Source: Chiloscyllium plagiosum (taxonomy: Eukaryota). Taken from it: a stretch of DNA of 30,697 bases. Positions 1 through 11,065 of this stretch are shown here, in pieces. The stretch spans positions 14,261,947 through 14,292,643 of the forward strand of contig NC_057720.1 of assembly GCF_004010195.1 (NCBI RefSeq), in the 5' to 3' direction. The translations under genes and the position numbers were made by a program. A model generated the notes under the pieces. It saw only the letters and a list, made by a program, of their open reading frames with translations, did not search any database and was not told the DNA's origin. Position 1 is the first letter of the stretch. Each line of letters opens with the position of its first letter.

Positions 1-1110
1 GAATCTTGTACGTTTCAATAACATCACCTCACTTTCTTTGAAATGCCAATAGGTACAATATACAATGTTCAACTCATAAAATAATCCCTTCATTCCAGCA
101 ACCAGCCTAATGAGCCTTCTCTGAACTGTTTCAAATGTAAAGATATCACTCCTTGAGCAAGGTGAACTGTACATGATATGTTAGGTGAGTCACCAATATC
201 CTGCATAATTGTAGCAAAACTTTCCTACTTTTACATGATACCTCACTTGCAATAAAGAGTAACATTCATTTGGTTCCTAATCACTTGGTGTACCTGTTTG
301 CCAACCTTTTGTGGTTCTGTCCATTGCACTCTGCACTCAGTTTCAATAATATTCTACTTTTCCACCTACCTCGCCAACATGGACAATCTTAGATTAGCAC
401 ACACTATACTCCACATGCCAAATTTTTGTCCGCTCACTTAACCTATCTATATGAAAAGCAAACTCTTTGCATCCTCCTCACAGCTTGCTTTCGTACAATC
501 TTTGTATCATCAGCAAAGTTGATTACCACTTATTTGGTGACTCCATCCAGTTAGTTTGTTTGCCAATACATGAGGCCTCAACACTGACCCCAGTGGCACT
601 TCACCATTTGCGACTGTAATTTGCAGTTTACCAACCTGAACATGACCCATTAATCCCATCTTTCTGCTCTCTGTTAGTTGGCCAATCCTCTATCCTCTTG
701 AATCTATCAAACCCAACACACTGAACTCTTAACTTTATAAAAGTTAAATACTGCAGATGTTAGAAACCTGAAATAACGACAGAAAGTACTGGGAAAACTC
801 AACAGATTTGATAGCATCTGTGGAGAGAAAGCAGAGGTAATGTTTCGAGTCCAGTATAAATTTTGTTTAGAACCAAGTTCCAAAGAAGTCATACTGGACT
901 CAAAGTATTAACTCTCCATAGATGCTGCCAGGCCTGCTGAGTTTTTCCAGCACTTTCTGTTTTCATTTGGGCTCTTATATTTAATGTGAACCTTATTGAA
1001 TGTCTAATGGATATCTAAATACACCATATCCACTGTTTCCTCTTTATTGAGCTTGCTTATAAAATTGAAAGAAATCTAATAAATTTATCAAATACAATCT
1101 CCCTTTCATC
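1..1110 (-). mobile_element. Old, degenerate CR1-clade LINE fragment (RT region), split by a PLE hairpin at ~745-968
   Basis: Colinear similarity to the better-preserved CR1 at 21733-22915; ATCATCAGCAAA at ~506 is the reverse complement of FADD codons; many indels. Confidence 0.75.
745..968. mobile_element. Degenerate palindromic PLE terminal-repeat element (family C)
   Basis: Imperfect inverted arms centred on GAAC-caa-GTTC (870-880); homologous to 9765-9862, 14281-14378, 17140-17263 and 23600-23778. Confidence 0.75.
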
Positions 1111-1147
1111 CTGCTACTATCTCCTTATTAATGAATTCTAGTAACTT

Positions 1148-1812
1148 CACAGAATCACTGAATTGTTATGGTGCAGAAGGAGTCCACTCAGCCCTTCATA
1201 TCTGTGTCTCTGAACAAGATTTATGACTAAGCGCCTTTCTCTTGTGTTTTCCCTATATCCCTCAACATTGTTTCTGTTCAAATTACCATCCTAAGGCCCC
1301 TGAATACCTTGGTTGAATCTGCCTTTATTACACTTCTAGGCAATGTCTCGACTTAACCACTCGCTACATGAGGAGGTTTTGTTTTCTCAAATTGTATTTG
1401 TTTCTTTTGCAGATCACTTTAAATCTGCGCCTGTTCGCTCCTCATCCTTTTAAGAGTGGGAGCAATTTCTCCCTATCTGATTTCTCAAGACCCCTAAACA
1501 TTTTGAAAATTTCTTGTCACATTTCCTCTTAGCCTTCTCCTGTCCAAGGAAAACAGTGCTAAAATTCTCCAGTTTGGAGAATTCTCTCATATTTGAAGCT
1601 TCTCAACCCTGGAACCATTCTGATGAACCTCTTCTGCACTCTCTCCAACTTGTTCACATCCTCCCTGAACGGAAATGGCCAGCTAGATGAACTAGTGTTT
1701 TATGCTGATTCAGTATATCCTCCTTGCTCTTGTACTCTGTCCCCCTATTAGTGAAGCCCAGGATACTATATGTCTTATTAACTGCTCTCTCCAACTGTCC
1801 CACATTCTTTAA
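1148..1812 (-). mobile_element. Degenerate CR1 3' end
   Basis: ORF 1654-1863 (KTYSILGFTNRGTEYKSKEDILN) matches the CR1 RT C-terminal region in ORF 21835-22557 (KANSMLAFITRGIEYRSKEVLLQ); tail-like CACAGAATCAC at the left end. Confidence 0.8.
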
Positions 1813-1824
1813 AGGACTACACCA

Positions 1825-1920
1825 ATTTCTCAACTGGCTGTCACATTTTAAGAGCAGCTGCACTTCAAAGAGTACTTAATTGCCTGTTGGCACTTTGTGC
1901 TATAGACATTCAAGTCTTTT
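1825..1920 (+). mobile_element. Short degenerate 3' tail of a Deu-domain (SacSINE1-like) SINE
   Basis: CTGCACTTCAAAG...GGCACTTTG shared with 19616-19654. Confidence 0.5.
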
Positions 1921-3452
1921 TCACTTTATTATTAGTCTTAAAATGTATTAGACTATGAGGAGAAACCTCTTTCTTGACTCCTAGGTGCCAAGTGGTCTAT
2001 CATTACGTCTCTTGCCTTGATCAACACAATGGGGGGGTTGGATACCTTGAGATGATTTGCTGTGCTAATGTGTTATATACATGGAGGTTGTTATTGATGA
2101 TTCCTTGCACATTTTCCCTTGTGTCTGTACAGTGACAATGGCTCTCTTTTTCTAACCTGTTTCATTTTTGAGAAAACTTTCTTCATAACATCAACTTACG
2201 CAGTCAGAGAAAATACAGCTACGTTCGAGTACAACTTTGTTGCATTAAGGTGCTTGTATGTAATATGCCTGCAGCTTCAGCAGGTCTCAGATTAAGCCTG
2301 TTTGACTGGAACTGAAGCATGGAACTGCTGTTAGAAATCAATTGTCTGTGAAATTTTTATTCCAAAGCCATCGTGTGACAAGCAGTAAATAAATATTAGC
2401 TCTAGTGAAATAGCACAGCCAGTCACAATAAATGCATTGCAAAGTTAAAAGTGCAGAGATAGGAAATGAATGCTTTTTCTTTTTTTTAGAAAGAAAAAGC
2501 ATTATTAAGGAAAAGGCTGAGCATATTAATCGGGCAGACAGTATGAGGTGGACTGCAAAATGCCTCCATCTACAGAGCAAAAGTCTACACTACAAGGGAC
2601 TTACCAGCTATGGAGCGGATGGCCGTGCATAAAGTGTTGCATGATTTCAGATGGGCATTGAAAGCAGGACAATTTAGGAAATTGTGCTATGTGTGGGATG
2701 CAGCTGAAAATAAGATGACAGAGTTAATGGAGCCCCTTTAACAACCACTTCATTACAACAGAGCCGAAAGATAATCCAGTTAGAGAGAGCCAACAATGGG
2801 AGAGCTGTTTAAAAAATTAAAATGCTATTTCATATAAAGCCTCTTTTTTGCTCTCTGCCAGCACGTCTACTTAACTGTGACTCCATGTGCGTGGATCATC
2901 AATCAGCTATTCGCATCCAATATACAAACTGCTGTCTCTGTAACAAAAAGAACATTAAAAATTAAATATAACGCTGAATCTCTCTTGGTTCAGCTTTGTT
3001 CTATGTTGAACTAAAATGTACGTTCCCAACCGATGGTTAAATACTGTTAGCATGTACACCTTGCCTCATTTCATGTTGGCAATGAGCACGCAAAATGGAA
3101 AATCCTAAACATGCCTCACCTTGAAACATTTCTGCTCGAGAAATTTATAATTGTGCTATTCCTTAAATGCATTTCCACTTTTGCACTTAACTATGCTTTT
3201 TAACAAGCCAGTTTCACACACCCACTCCTAATCCCCCCACACACAAATGTTCAGGAGAAAGTCTGAACCCATTATTTCCAACAGAAGCCTTTAACTTTTC
3301 TGATGTAAATCAAAGAGACTTCAGAACAAGAGGATGCCAGCTAGCCTGTTGTGTCAGTGTGTGTGCCAAAGGTAATACAGAGCTATCAGCACTAATCCAA
3401 TATGCCTGCTGTTCCTCGGTGTTATTAATATCTTTTTTTTAATATGGAGTTT

Positions 3453-3820
3453 ATGAAAATTCATCATCACCTCGAGCATGCCAGCTCAGCCTTCAGCTGA
3501 CTAAAGAAAAGAGCATGTGAGGACCAGCATCTCAAACCTCAGCCTAAGGTCATGGTAAGCAATGATCCCAGTGCCTTTATATCTTTCAGACATTTGGATG
3601 ATCTACAATGAGCACCCCAAAGCACTGGAAAGGTCCAGCCAAGATCCTTCAGATTTGGTAACAAGAAAGGTGGTCCATCAATAGTACCAACCCTCAAGCC
3701 ATCTCGCACAGCATGGAGGTGTTAATCCCTGAAAACAACCTGGTCCAGACAGGACAAATCCAACAGCTCAACTCTTTAAGGGTCACCTCTCCTGCATGTG
3801 GCAGAGTCTGCAGATCAATC
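3453..3820 (+). mobile_element. Old RTE-clade LINE 3' fragment
   Basis: Translates in pieces to IHHHLEHASSAFS*LKKR...HPKALER and a terminal ACGRVCRS, resembling RTE RT C-termini; internally deleted. Confidence 0.65.
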
Positions 3821-3878
3821 ACTGGATTAGTGGTGCTGGAAGAGCACAGCAGTTCAGGCAACATCCAAGGAGCTTCAA

Positions 3879-3914
3879 AATCGACATTTCGGGCAAAAGC
3901 CCTTCATCAGGAAT
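3879..3914 (-). ncRNA. Minimal type I hammerhead ribozyme motif in PLE terminal repeat
   Basis: Minus strand ATTC-CTGATGA-A-GGGC/TTTT/GCCC-GAAA-TG-TC-GATT; core intact, stem III palindrome changed ACGT>ATGT. Confidence 0.75.
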
Positions 3915-3951
3915 AAAGGCAGAGAGCCTGAAGCGTGGAGAGATAAGCTAG

Positions 3952-4163
3952 NNNNNNNNNNNNNNNNNNNNNNNNNNNNNNNNNNNNNNNNNNNNNNNNN
4001 NNNNNNNNNNNNNNNNNNNNNNNNNNNNNNNNNNNNNNNNNNNNNNNNNNNNNNNNNNNNNNNNNNNNNNNNNNNNNNNNNNNNNNNNNNNNNNNNNNNN
4101 NNNNNNNNNNNNNNNNNNNNNNNNNNNNNNNNNNNNNNNNNNNNNNNNNNNNNNNNNNNNNNN
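3952..4163. other. Assembly gap (212 N)
   Basis: Run of N inside the PLE. Confidence 1.
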
Positions 4164-4714
4164 AAGTGTTCCGAGGCGGAAGATGAGGCGTTCTTCCTCC
4201 AGGCGTCTGGTGGTGAGGCAGCGGCGGTGAAGGAGGCTCAGGACCCCCTTGGCAGAGTGGGAGGGGGAGTTGAAATGTTGGGCCACGGGGCGGTTTGGTT
4301 GATTGGTGCGGGTGTCTTGGAGATGTTCCCTAAAGCGCTCTACTAGGAGGCGCCCAATCTCCCCGATGTAGAGGAGACCGCAACGGGAGCAACGGATACA
4401 ATAAATGGTATTAGTGGATGTGCAGGTAAAACTTTGATGGATGTGGAAGGCCCTTTTTCTCAGACTTCTCTGGTTCTATTCTAATGCCCTTGTTCCACAG
4501 AACCTTCTGAATAAAATGAGTCCACTGTTACCTTAATCCTCAAATATTTCCTGCTCACTAGGTCTCCTGTGTTGTAAGTCTTTCACATTTGAATGTCCCC
4601 ATGCAATATAAGCTTCTCCTCAGGTTTTTGTTTGACTTTTCCATTCATACCTTGCCTTTTGTGACAATGTATGCTACACTTTAGAGAACTGCTGGTGCAG
4701 GAGCGACATCATAG

Positions 4715-4925
4715 ACCATGGCACATGGTGTCAAACCCAGTGAAATTTAAATTCAATTAAATTCACCTTTGAAAAATCTGGAATTGAAAGGTTACTCACA
4801 GCAATGGTGAGCATGAAGCAATTGTGGATTGTTGTAAAACCCATTGGGTTCACTAATGCTTTCAGGGAAGGAAATCTGCTATCCTTACCTGATCTGACCT
4901 TCATTTAACTCCAAACCCACAATAG
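4715..4925 (+). mobile_element. Degenerate SINE-like repeat, unclassified family
   Basis: AAATCTGGAATTGAAAG...GTAAAACCCATTGGGTTCACTAATG; related copy in opposite orientation at 4926-5142. Confidence 0.55.
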
Positions 4926-5142
4926 TGTCATTATTAGATTCTTAATTAGCAAACCCGATGGGTTTTTTCCAAAAATTGGCAACAGGATCATCGTTAGACT
5001 CTTAATGTCAGATTTATTTCCTTTGTTCAATTCAAATACCAACCATCTGCCATAGCAGGATTTAAACCCAGATTCCCCGAAACATTACCTGGGTCTCTGG
5101 ATTAACAGCTTAGTGATAATACTATTAGGCCATCGCCTCCCC
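4926..5142 (-). mobile_element. tRNA-headed SINE-like repeat, same family as 4715-4925
   Basis: Minus strand starts GGGAGGCGATGGCCTAATAGTATTATCACT (A-box-like), then GGGTTTAAATCC (B-box-like); head resembles 6126-6187. Confidence 0.6.
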
Positions 5143-5196
5143 ATTGTGAGGCTGAAGGTGAGCTGGACACATGAGCAGAAGCAAAGGTGTTTAAGC

Positions 5197-5240
5197 GCAG
5201 AGAGAGACACATACACACACACACACAGATAAACACACAC
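5197..5240. repeat. Imperfect (AG)n/(AC)n microsatellite
   Basis: Directly visible. Confidence 0.9.
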
Positions 5241-5280
5241 CCCACTCCCTCCTTCCCAGTCATCACACAGTTCCAAATTA

Positions 5281-5667
5281 GGGCAGTTCAGTGGCTCAGT
5301 GGTTAGTACTACTGCCTCAAAGCTCCAGGGACCCAGGTTCAATGCCACCCTCAGATCACTGTCTGTGTAGAGTTTGCATGTTCTCCCATGTCTGCGTGAG
5401 TTTCCTCCAGGTGCTCCGATTTCCTCCCACAGTACAAAGGTGTGCAGGTTTGGTGGATTAGCAATGCTAAATTGTCCATAGTGTCCAAAGATATGCAGGC
5501 CAAGTGGATTGGCTATGCTGATTTGTCCATTATGTCCAGGGATATGCAGGCTAGCCATGGGGAATGAAGGGGTGGGGGACTGGGGCTAGAAGAGATGTGC
5601 CTTGAAGCGTCAGTGCTGACTTAATGGGCTGAATGGCCTACTTCCGTTCTATACAGATTCTATGATT
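5281..5667 (+). mobile_element. HE1-type V-SINE
   Basis: A box TGGCTCAGTGG, B-box-like GGTTCAATGCC, V-domain GAGTTTGCATGTTCTCCC...TTTCCTCCCACAG, internal ~50-bp tandem units, CR1-like tail. Confidence 0.9.
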
Positions 5668-6187
5668 TTACTTCTCCCTGTCCAAAGACCGCTGTGCACA
5701 TGAGCCAGGAGAAACCAGAAGGAAAGGTAACTCACTTCCAAATCAGACATTTGTCTGAATTGCACCATGGCCTACTCAGAGTATGCATGAGGAGAAGTGG
5801 AAGTAAAAGTGTTGTTTGTTAGACCCAACACATAAACTCATTCCCAGTTCTCTCCACTTATGCATTGATGAGGTTTTGGAGACCAGCCTATCTTTCTCTA
5901 GTTCTACTTTCAGATGAAAATATTAAAAAAAAAACTCCTCTGCTGAGCAACTTTTAAACTGGTAATTTTTATTAAAAACATATTTTATAGGTAATAAATG
6001 TACTGCCTTGTTGATTTTATTTGCTTATCAAGTTCATCTGGTGCTAATCTTAGAGCATTTAAATGTAGGCAGCTCAGTGACTTAGCACTGAGTGTAACTT
6101 TGACCAGAGACAGTGGCAGAGGGGGGAGACAGTGGCAGAGTGGTAATGTCACTGCATGAGGAACTCAAAGCCTGAGGTTAGTGTTAT

Positions 6188-6525
6188 GGGTGGCACGGTG
6201 GCACAGTGGTTAGCACTGCTGCCTCACAGCGCCAGAGATCTGGGTTCAATTCCCATCTCAGACGACTGACTGTGTGGAGTTTGCACGTTCTCCCCATGTC
6301 TGCGTGGGTTTCCTCCGGGTGCTCCGGTTTCCTCCCACCATCCAAAGATGTGCAGGGTCAGGTGAATTGGCCATACTAAATTGCCTGTAGTGTTAGGTAA
6401 GGGGTAGATGTAAGGGTATGGGTGGGTTTCGCTTCGGCGGGTCGGTGTGGACTTGTTGGGCTGAAGGGCCTGTTTCCACGCTGTAATCTAATCTAAATCT
6501 AATCTAATCTAATCTAAATCTAAAT
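6188..6525 (+). mobile_element. Full-length, young HE1-type V-SINE with (AATCT)n tail
   Basis: A box 6199-6209, B box 6243-6253, V-domain, many retained CpGs; 3' end GGTCGGTGTGGAC..GAAGGGCCTGTTTC matches the CR1 3' end at 28550-28590 (minus). Confidence 0.95.
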
Positions 6526-6749
6526 CAGAGTGCTGGCAACCAGGTGAGTAAGGGAGATAAAAGAGAAAGGAGGCGGTCCTTTGGTTTTTCAAGCATTTTC
6601 ACCATATAGGACATGTTTCTATTGCAGGGGAAGGAACTAGATGCTTGGTGAGTGTTTGATAAGTCCTGGTAAGGTTAAAAACCACATTTAAAAATAATTG
6701 AATAAATAATTAAGCAGTTAAATAAAATCCATTGAGAATGACGGGACAG

Positions 6750-7150
6750 TTGATGTCTCACAGCTGCAGCATGTGGGAAATCCTGGTTGATAGTGTGACC
6801 CAGCACAAACATGTCTGCAATAAACGTTTGTAGCTTGAAAAACTTTTATGAGCTGGAAGCTGAGCTGCAGACACTGATACATCAGGGAGGGGGCAAGTTA
6901 GCTGGATATTTTGTACAAAATTGGAACTACTTCAGGTCTTCCAAGTTGATCAATGAGCAGGTTCAGGGGGTGTAGCAGCAGCTGAGGCAGGTAAGGGGAG
7001 TCAAAGGGCAGGGGTGCAGGAGTGTCAGCCTCTGCAATTGTCCAACAGGGCTAAGGTTCTTTCAGCTTGTTTGATTGAACATGAGGGCTGCAGAATGGAT
7101 GAACAAAATGTAGAGGTTACTGTCATCTGGTACAGAAGGTATATAATTTA
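6750..7150 (+). mobile_element. Degenerate CR1 ORF1 N-terminal region
   Basis: Translates to CLTAAA/HSCSMWEILVDSVTQHKHVCNKRL*LEKL and QPLQLSNRAKVL, resembling the CxxCxMW...HxCxKC and LSNRF motifs of CR1 ORF1. Confidence 0.65.
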
Positions 7151-7241
7151 GTCGTGGAAAGGGTCATTTGACTAAGAGGATGGACATTATACTTTGCAGG
7201 AAAGAACAAAAGTTCAGAAAGATGTGATGCTTTATAAAAAA

Positions 7242-7312
7242 TATAATCAGGCAGAGTCAACATGGTTTTGTGAAAGGAATTCACATGTAACCAATTTATT
7301 GGAATGTTTGGG
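7242..7312 (+). mobile_element. Short CR1 RT fragment
   Basis: IIRQSQHGFVKG...TNLLE motif. Confidence 0.65.
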
Positions 7313-8179
7313 AAAAGTGAAAGGTTATTGTGAGGGAAGGTCTGTGATAAGATGACAGACAGGACAGATGAAATGAGAAAAAGATAGTGATGCAAGACAA
7401 AGGGAGAAGGGAAATGAATAAATAAAGTCTGGAGATGGAGAAGACATGAATGATGTCAGAGACAAAACTTAGATGTCTATTGACCTCAGCTAATGATAAT
7501 ACGTCAGATCTTAAAGTGAAATCTGGTTTGATAGTTCATATGTTTAATATTTGCAGCTTGTTATTATGGTGGCTATTAACAAAACATATTCACCTGAGCC
7601 TGCCAATGCTTATTAACAACAGAGCCTAAATTTATTTTACAAAATAAAACAAACTTTTGAAAGATCCAAATAAATAAATTTTGACCTGTTTCTCAAAACA
7701 TCTTCATTATAAATACTGAGCCCCAATGAAGCATTATTCCTGAATTAACTCCTCAACTTCTTTGATAACTGACTTTTTCCAGTTTTAATGACCTAGAGGC
7801 TTATTCATAGTTCTAATGGACTGATGCTCTTTTCAGTTCTGACAGCTTAAGAACTTCCACAAAAACAGTGTCAGTTTGAAGACTTCAGAAACTAAAATTC
7901 CTCTGCTGGAGAGTATCTATTTCCCTGAACTGAAACCTGGTCCTGAGCTGAATTCAAAATGGCAGTGGCCACTGGCCTGTTTTCTCAATCTGTCATAAAT
8001 GTTCAATTTATAAATAATTACAAATAATAGGCACTTGACTGAAGTCATATACCTTCTTGGAAATGATGTCTTTAGTTCATTACGTCAATGACTTCTGATC
8101 TTGTTAAAAAATGCCCTTCACAGAACTGGAACCTCACATCTATTGTACCTTTACTTTAAAACCTAATTTTCTACCAGGT

Positions 8180-8311
8180 CGGCTCAGTAGTTAGCACTGC
8201 TACCTCACAGGTTCGATTCCACCCTCAGGCGACTGTCTATTTGGAGTTTGCACATTCTCTCCGTGTCTGCGGGGGTTTCCTCCGAGTACTCCTCCCACAG
8301 TCCAAAGATGT
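8180..8311 (+). mobile_element. Partial HE1-type SINE (head and V-domain)
   Basis: GGCTCAGTAGTTAGCACTGC..GGTTCGATTCC..GGAGTTTGCACATTCTC, internally deleted. Confidence 0.85.
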
Positions 8312-8587
8312 CTTCTACAAGTTCCAAGTTGTAATTATACCATTTTTCTCTCCATCTATAACTAACCTCATGTGTGAAAACTGATGCAAAGTCGTGTGTT
8401 TTATATATCCAAGGCAAATGTGGAATAATAAATAACCTTTTTTTTAAATTCACCAAAAATTACTGCAGGAATTATTTAGATTAGGACATTCTGCTGGTCA
8501 TAAAGAACATTAACTTCACTCATTAAAACACACTCATTGCTCTGGTAAGGCTGTATAATATATTATTATCATTTAGGAATATTTGAA

Positions 8588-8735
8588 CTCCTACAGTTTG
8601 GAAACAGACTTTTCAACCCGACAGGTCCACACTTAACCTCTGAAGAACATCCCACTCATACCTATCCTGTCCCCCTAACCATCCATTTCCCATGGCTAAT
8701 GCACCTAACCTACACATCCATGAACACTATGGGAG
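8588..8735 (-). mobile_element. HE1-type SINE 3' half
   Basis: Homologous to 8750-8882. Confidence 0.75.
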
Positions 8736-8737
8736 TT

Positions 8738-9065
8738 CATAGAAGGACACCTACAGTGCAAAAAGAGGCCATTTGGCCCACCATGTCTGCACTGACCCTC
8801 TGAAGAGAATCCCACCCCATTCCTGTAACCTGCATTTCCCATGGTTAATCCACCTAGCCTGCACATCTGTGGACACTATGGGCAATTTAGCATGGCCAGT
8901 CCACCTTATCCTTACATTATTGGACTGTGGGAGGAAACCGGAGTACCCAGATGAAACCGATGCAGACACGAAGAATGTGCAAACTCCTCACGGACAGTCA
9001 CCCGAAGCTTGAACCCGGGTCCCTGGCGCTGTGAGGTAGCAGTGCTAACCACTGAGCCACCGTGC
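8738..9065 (-). mobile_element. Full-length HE1-type V-SINE
   Basis: Minus strand begins GCACGGTGGCTCAGTGGTTAGCACTGC; B box GGTTCAAGC; V-domain. Confidence 0.92.
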
Positions 9066-9414
9066 AAACAGCTTGGACGGTGTGGGTGTGGGAGAACCCT
9101 AGCTACATAGGTCTTTGTCTGTCTAGTTGTCTTGCAGTTGATTCACTGTCTTTTCCAATAGTCTCTCTGTCTCAGACCAGCTTCTACTGTTATTTTGAAA
9201 AGGAGGTCACAGACAGGCTGTCTTGCCCATGTGTCCCACAGATCCAGCTTCCTTTCTGAAATAAGTTGGTATGTTGGCTGATATAACATCCAGTGTTGTG
9301 GCTTTTCATGCCTTTAGTTTTCATACGGCAATGCCTATGCGACTGAATGACCCATTCAATTGAAATTAACCTTTTGAAAGCCTTTCCAGAAAACAACATC
9401 GAATCAACAATATA

Positions 9415-9530
9415 ACATGATGTGGAGGTGCTGGGGTTGGACTGCGGTCACCTGACAAAGGAGCAGCACTCCAAAAACTTGTGATGCCAAATAAACCTGT
9501 CGGACTATAACTTGGTGCTGTGTGACTTCT
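9415..9530 (+). mobile_element. PLE-type terminal repeat (family E) with decayed hammerhead and a short inverted piece (9415-9448)
   Basis: CAC-CTGACAA-A-GGAG/CAGCA/CTCC-AAAA-AC-TT-GTG at 9449-9483 (core G>A changes fit CpG decay); downstream AACCTGTCGGACTATAACTTGGTG matches 18621-18645. Confidence 0.65.
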
Positions 9531-9743
9531 TTGAGGAGAAAGTGAGGTCTGCAGATGCTGGAGATCAGAGATGGAAATGTGTTGCTGGAAAAGCGCAGCA
9601 GGTCAGGCAGCATCTAGGGAACAGGAGAATCGACGTTTCGGGCATTAGCTTTCCTGACGAAGGGCTAATGCCCGAAACGTCGATTCTCCTGTTCCCTAGA
9701 TGCTGCCTGACCTGCTGCGCTTTTCCAGCAACACATTTCCATC
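9531..9743. mobile_element. Palindromic PLE terminal-repeat insertion (family A) with 14-bp TSD
   Basis: Perfect 80-bp inverted arms 9570-9649 and 9664-9743; TSD GCTGTGTGACTTCT at 9517-9530 and 9744-9757; homologous to the repeat attached to the GIY-YIG at 3821-3951. Confidence 0.92.
9651..9685 (+). ncRNA. Minimal type I hammerhead ribozyme motif
   Basis: TTC-CTGACGA(9654-9660)-A-GGGC/TAAT/GCCC-GAAA-CG-TC^GA; core intact, predicted cleavage after 9681; stem I only 2 bp. Confidence 0.75.
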
Positions 9744-9764
9744 GCTGTGTGACTTCTAACAATA

Positions 9765-10235
9765 TAACAGGAATTGCTGGAGAAACTCAGCAGGTCTGGT
9801 AGCATTGGCATATAGAGAAAGAGAGTTAACGTATCAAGCTCAATATGACTCTTCTTCAGAAATAAGAAGGTGGCCGTGTGACAGGTTATTGCAAAAAGGA
9901 CGGAAAGGAAATGTCAGGGAAAAAGTGAGAGGTGCGGGAGTTTAGTGTTCAAAGATGGGATGGAAAAAGAGGCGAACAGAGTGATGGTTGTTCCAGAGAA
10001 TATACAAAGCATTAATTCAGATTAGGTGCCAGTGACAGAATAAAGATCAGTTCTGAATGAAAGCAGAGATATGAGAGCCCAATACAGACGAGGGTGGGGA
10101 AAAGGGAAGGTTGGAATATCACAGTGGAAAACAGAGTTCATGACCCGAACTTTTAGAACACAGTGTTGAGGCCAGAAGACTGTAAAGTACCTAATCATAA
10201 ATTGAAGTGATGTTCTTCCGTCTGGAGTGAACCTC
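9765..10235 (-). mobile_element. Old 5'-truncated PLE (family C): endonuclease tail, 3' UTR and terminal repeat
   Basis: Minus strand 10222-10140 reads TEEHHFNL*LGTLQSSGLNTVF, matching LEEERLIFRLGTL at 4164-4200; decayed hammerhead CTGAAGA-AGAGTC..GAGCTT-GATA-CG-TT-AAC at 9825-9862. Confidence 0.75.
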
Positions 10236-10374
10236 GGCCTGCTGCTTCCTTCAGTGTTATCAGCTACGGAGGACTGTCTGAATGTGATTAGCTGTTTCTT
10301 TTCAAATTTGGCTTTAATATTTGTAACATCCTCTTACTTGTACTGAGCATGGTAACAGCAGTAACAGATCACAT

Positions 10375-10486
10375 GGTGAGTTGTGAGGAGGTGATAAAGA
10401 ATCTGCAAAGAGATATCGGTAGTGAGTGTGTAAAAAAAATGGCGGATGGTGTATCATGTGAGAAAATGTGACATCATCCACTTTGA
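10375..10486 (+). mobile_element. CR1 RT fragment
   Basis: VSCEEVIKNLQRDI...KWRMVYHVRKCDIIHF, compare MQYNVDKCMVIHF in ORF 21835-22557. Confidence 0.7.
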
Positions 10487-10682
10487 ATTGTGTAGTAATT
10501 CAGGGAACCTAACTAGAAAGCAATATCATTTGCTGTTAAGCACTAGAATAGAGTGGTGTATATAGACTAGTCCCAGCATGCTGCAGACAGTTCTGTAGAC
10601 CAATCCTTGAGCCTGCTTTATTTTGTATTAAACACAGGAGGACTGGACACCTTTCTTTCTTAATTTGACCTATTTTTGTTTA

Positions 10683-11025
10683 AATCAATCTGTTCACAGA
10701 TGTTGTTACGCACTCCTAGAGCAGGCCCAAGGGTAGGTACAATATCACAGAGCTCTTTCAAAGTTTATTTTCTTATTTTGGGGGTGGGGGGGGGGGGGTG
10801 AAAAGGTTTGAAGAAACAAAATAGCAAGAGGGATGTTCCTTTAAGACAAAGAGGTGGGAGTGGGGAAAATAAAGAAACAAATGACGGGTTTAACCAAAGT
10901 GTAGGTTAGATTACTAAATTCGTTGTTAATATCTGTTCCAAGGCAAAAGGGAAGCATATTTTTCTAATCAACCTGTTCAGTGATGTTATTACACAAACAG
11001 GTGCGACTTGATCTGAGACCTCCCT
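10683..11025 (-). repeat. Two related copies of a short repeat (10683-10755 and 10965-11025), possibly a tRNA-derived SINE
   Basis: AATCAATCTGTTCACAGATGTTGTTACGCA vs AATCAACCTGTTCAGTGATGTTATTACACA. Confidence 0.45.
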
Positions 11026-11065
11026 GTAGGGGTCTGCTTTATAAAGGGCTCAAGTAATTGAGTTC

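Larger units (their letters stand above)
3821..4452 (-). mobile_element. 5'-truncated Penelope-like element: GIY-YIG endonuclease C-terminus plus terminal repeat (family A variant)
   Basis: Minus strand 4451-4164 is open: AFHIHQSFTCTSTNTIYCIRCSRCGLLYIGEIGRLLVERFREHL...VAQHFNSPSH...RRLEEERLIFRLGTL (IY..YIG, R..EH and Cys/His motif of PLE endonucleases); terminal repeat at 3821-3951. Confidence 0.92.

Noticed and set aside
5085..5558. 157-aa ORF and similar ORFs at 8751, 11039, 13129 and 13307
   Set aside because: Chance frames through HE1 SINEs.
6107..6140. 15-bp tandem duplication GAGACAGTGGCAGAG and donor-like GTGAGT motifs at 6544 and 6648
   Set aside because: Local duplication at a SINE head; donor-like motifs lie in probable CR1 5' sequence with no upstream exon evidence.
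6188..6260. tRNA gene
   Set aside because: A and B boxes are the tRNA-derived head of a SINE, followed by V-domain and tail.
9531..9743. MITE or pre-miRNA interpretation of the hairpins
   Set aside because: Variable 12-16-bp TSDs, asymmetric arms and homology to the repeat next to a GIY-YIG ORF point to PLE origin.
9512..9802. Near-identical peptides on both strands (9512/9565; also 25308/25356)
   Set aside because: Artefact of the palindromes, not genes.
10779..10799. Poly-G run as a functional G-quadruplex
   Set aside because: Simple low-complexity tract inside repeat-derived sequence.
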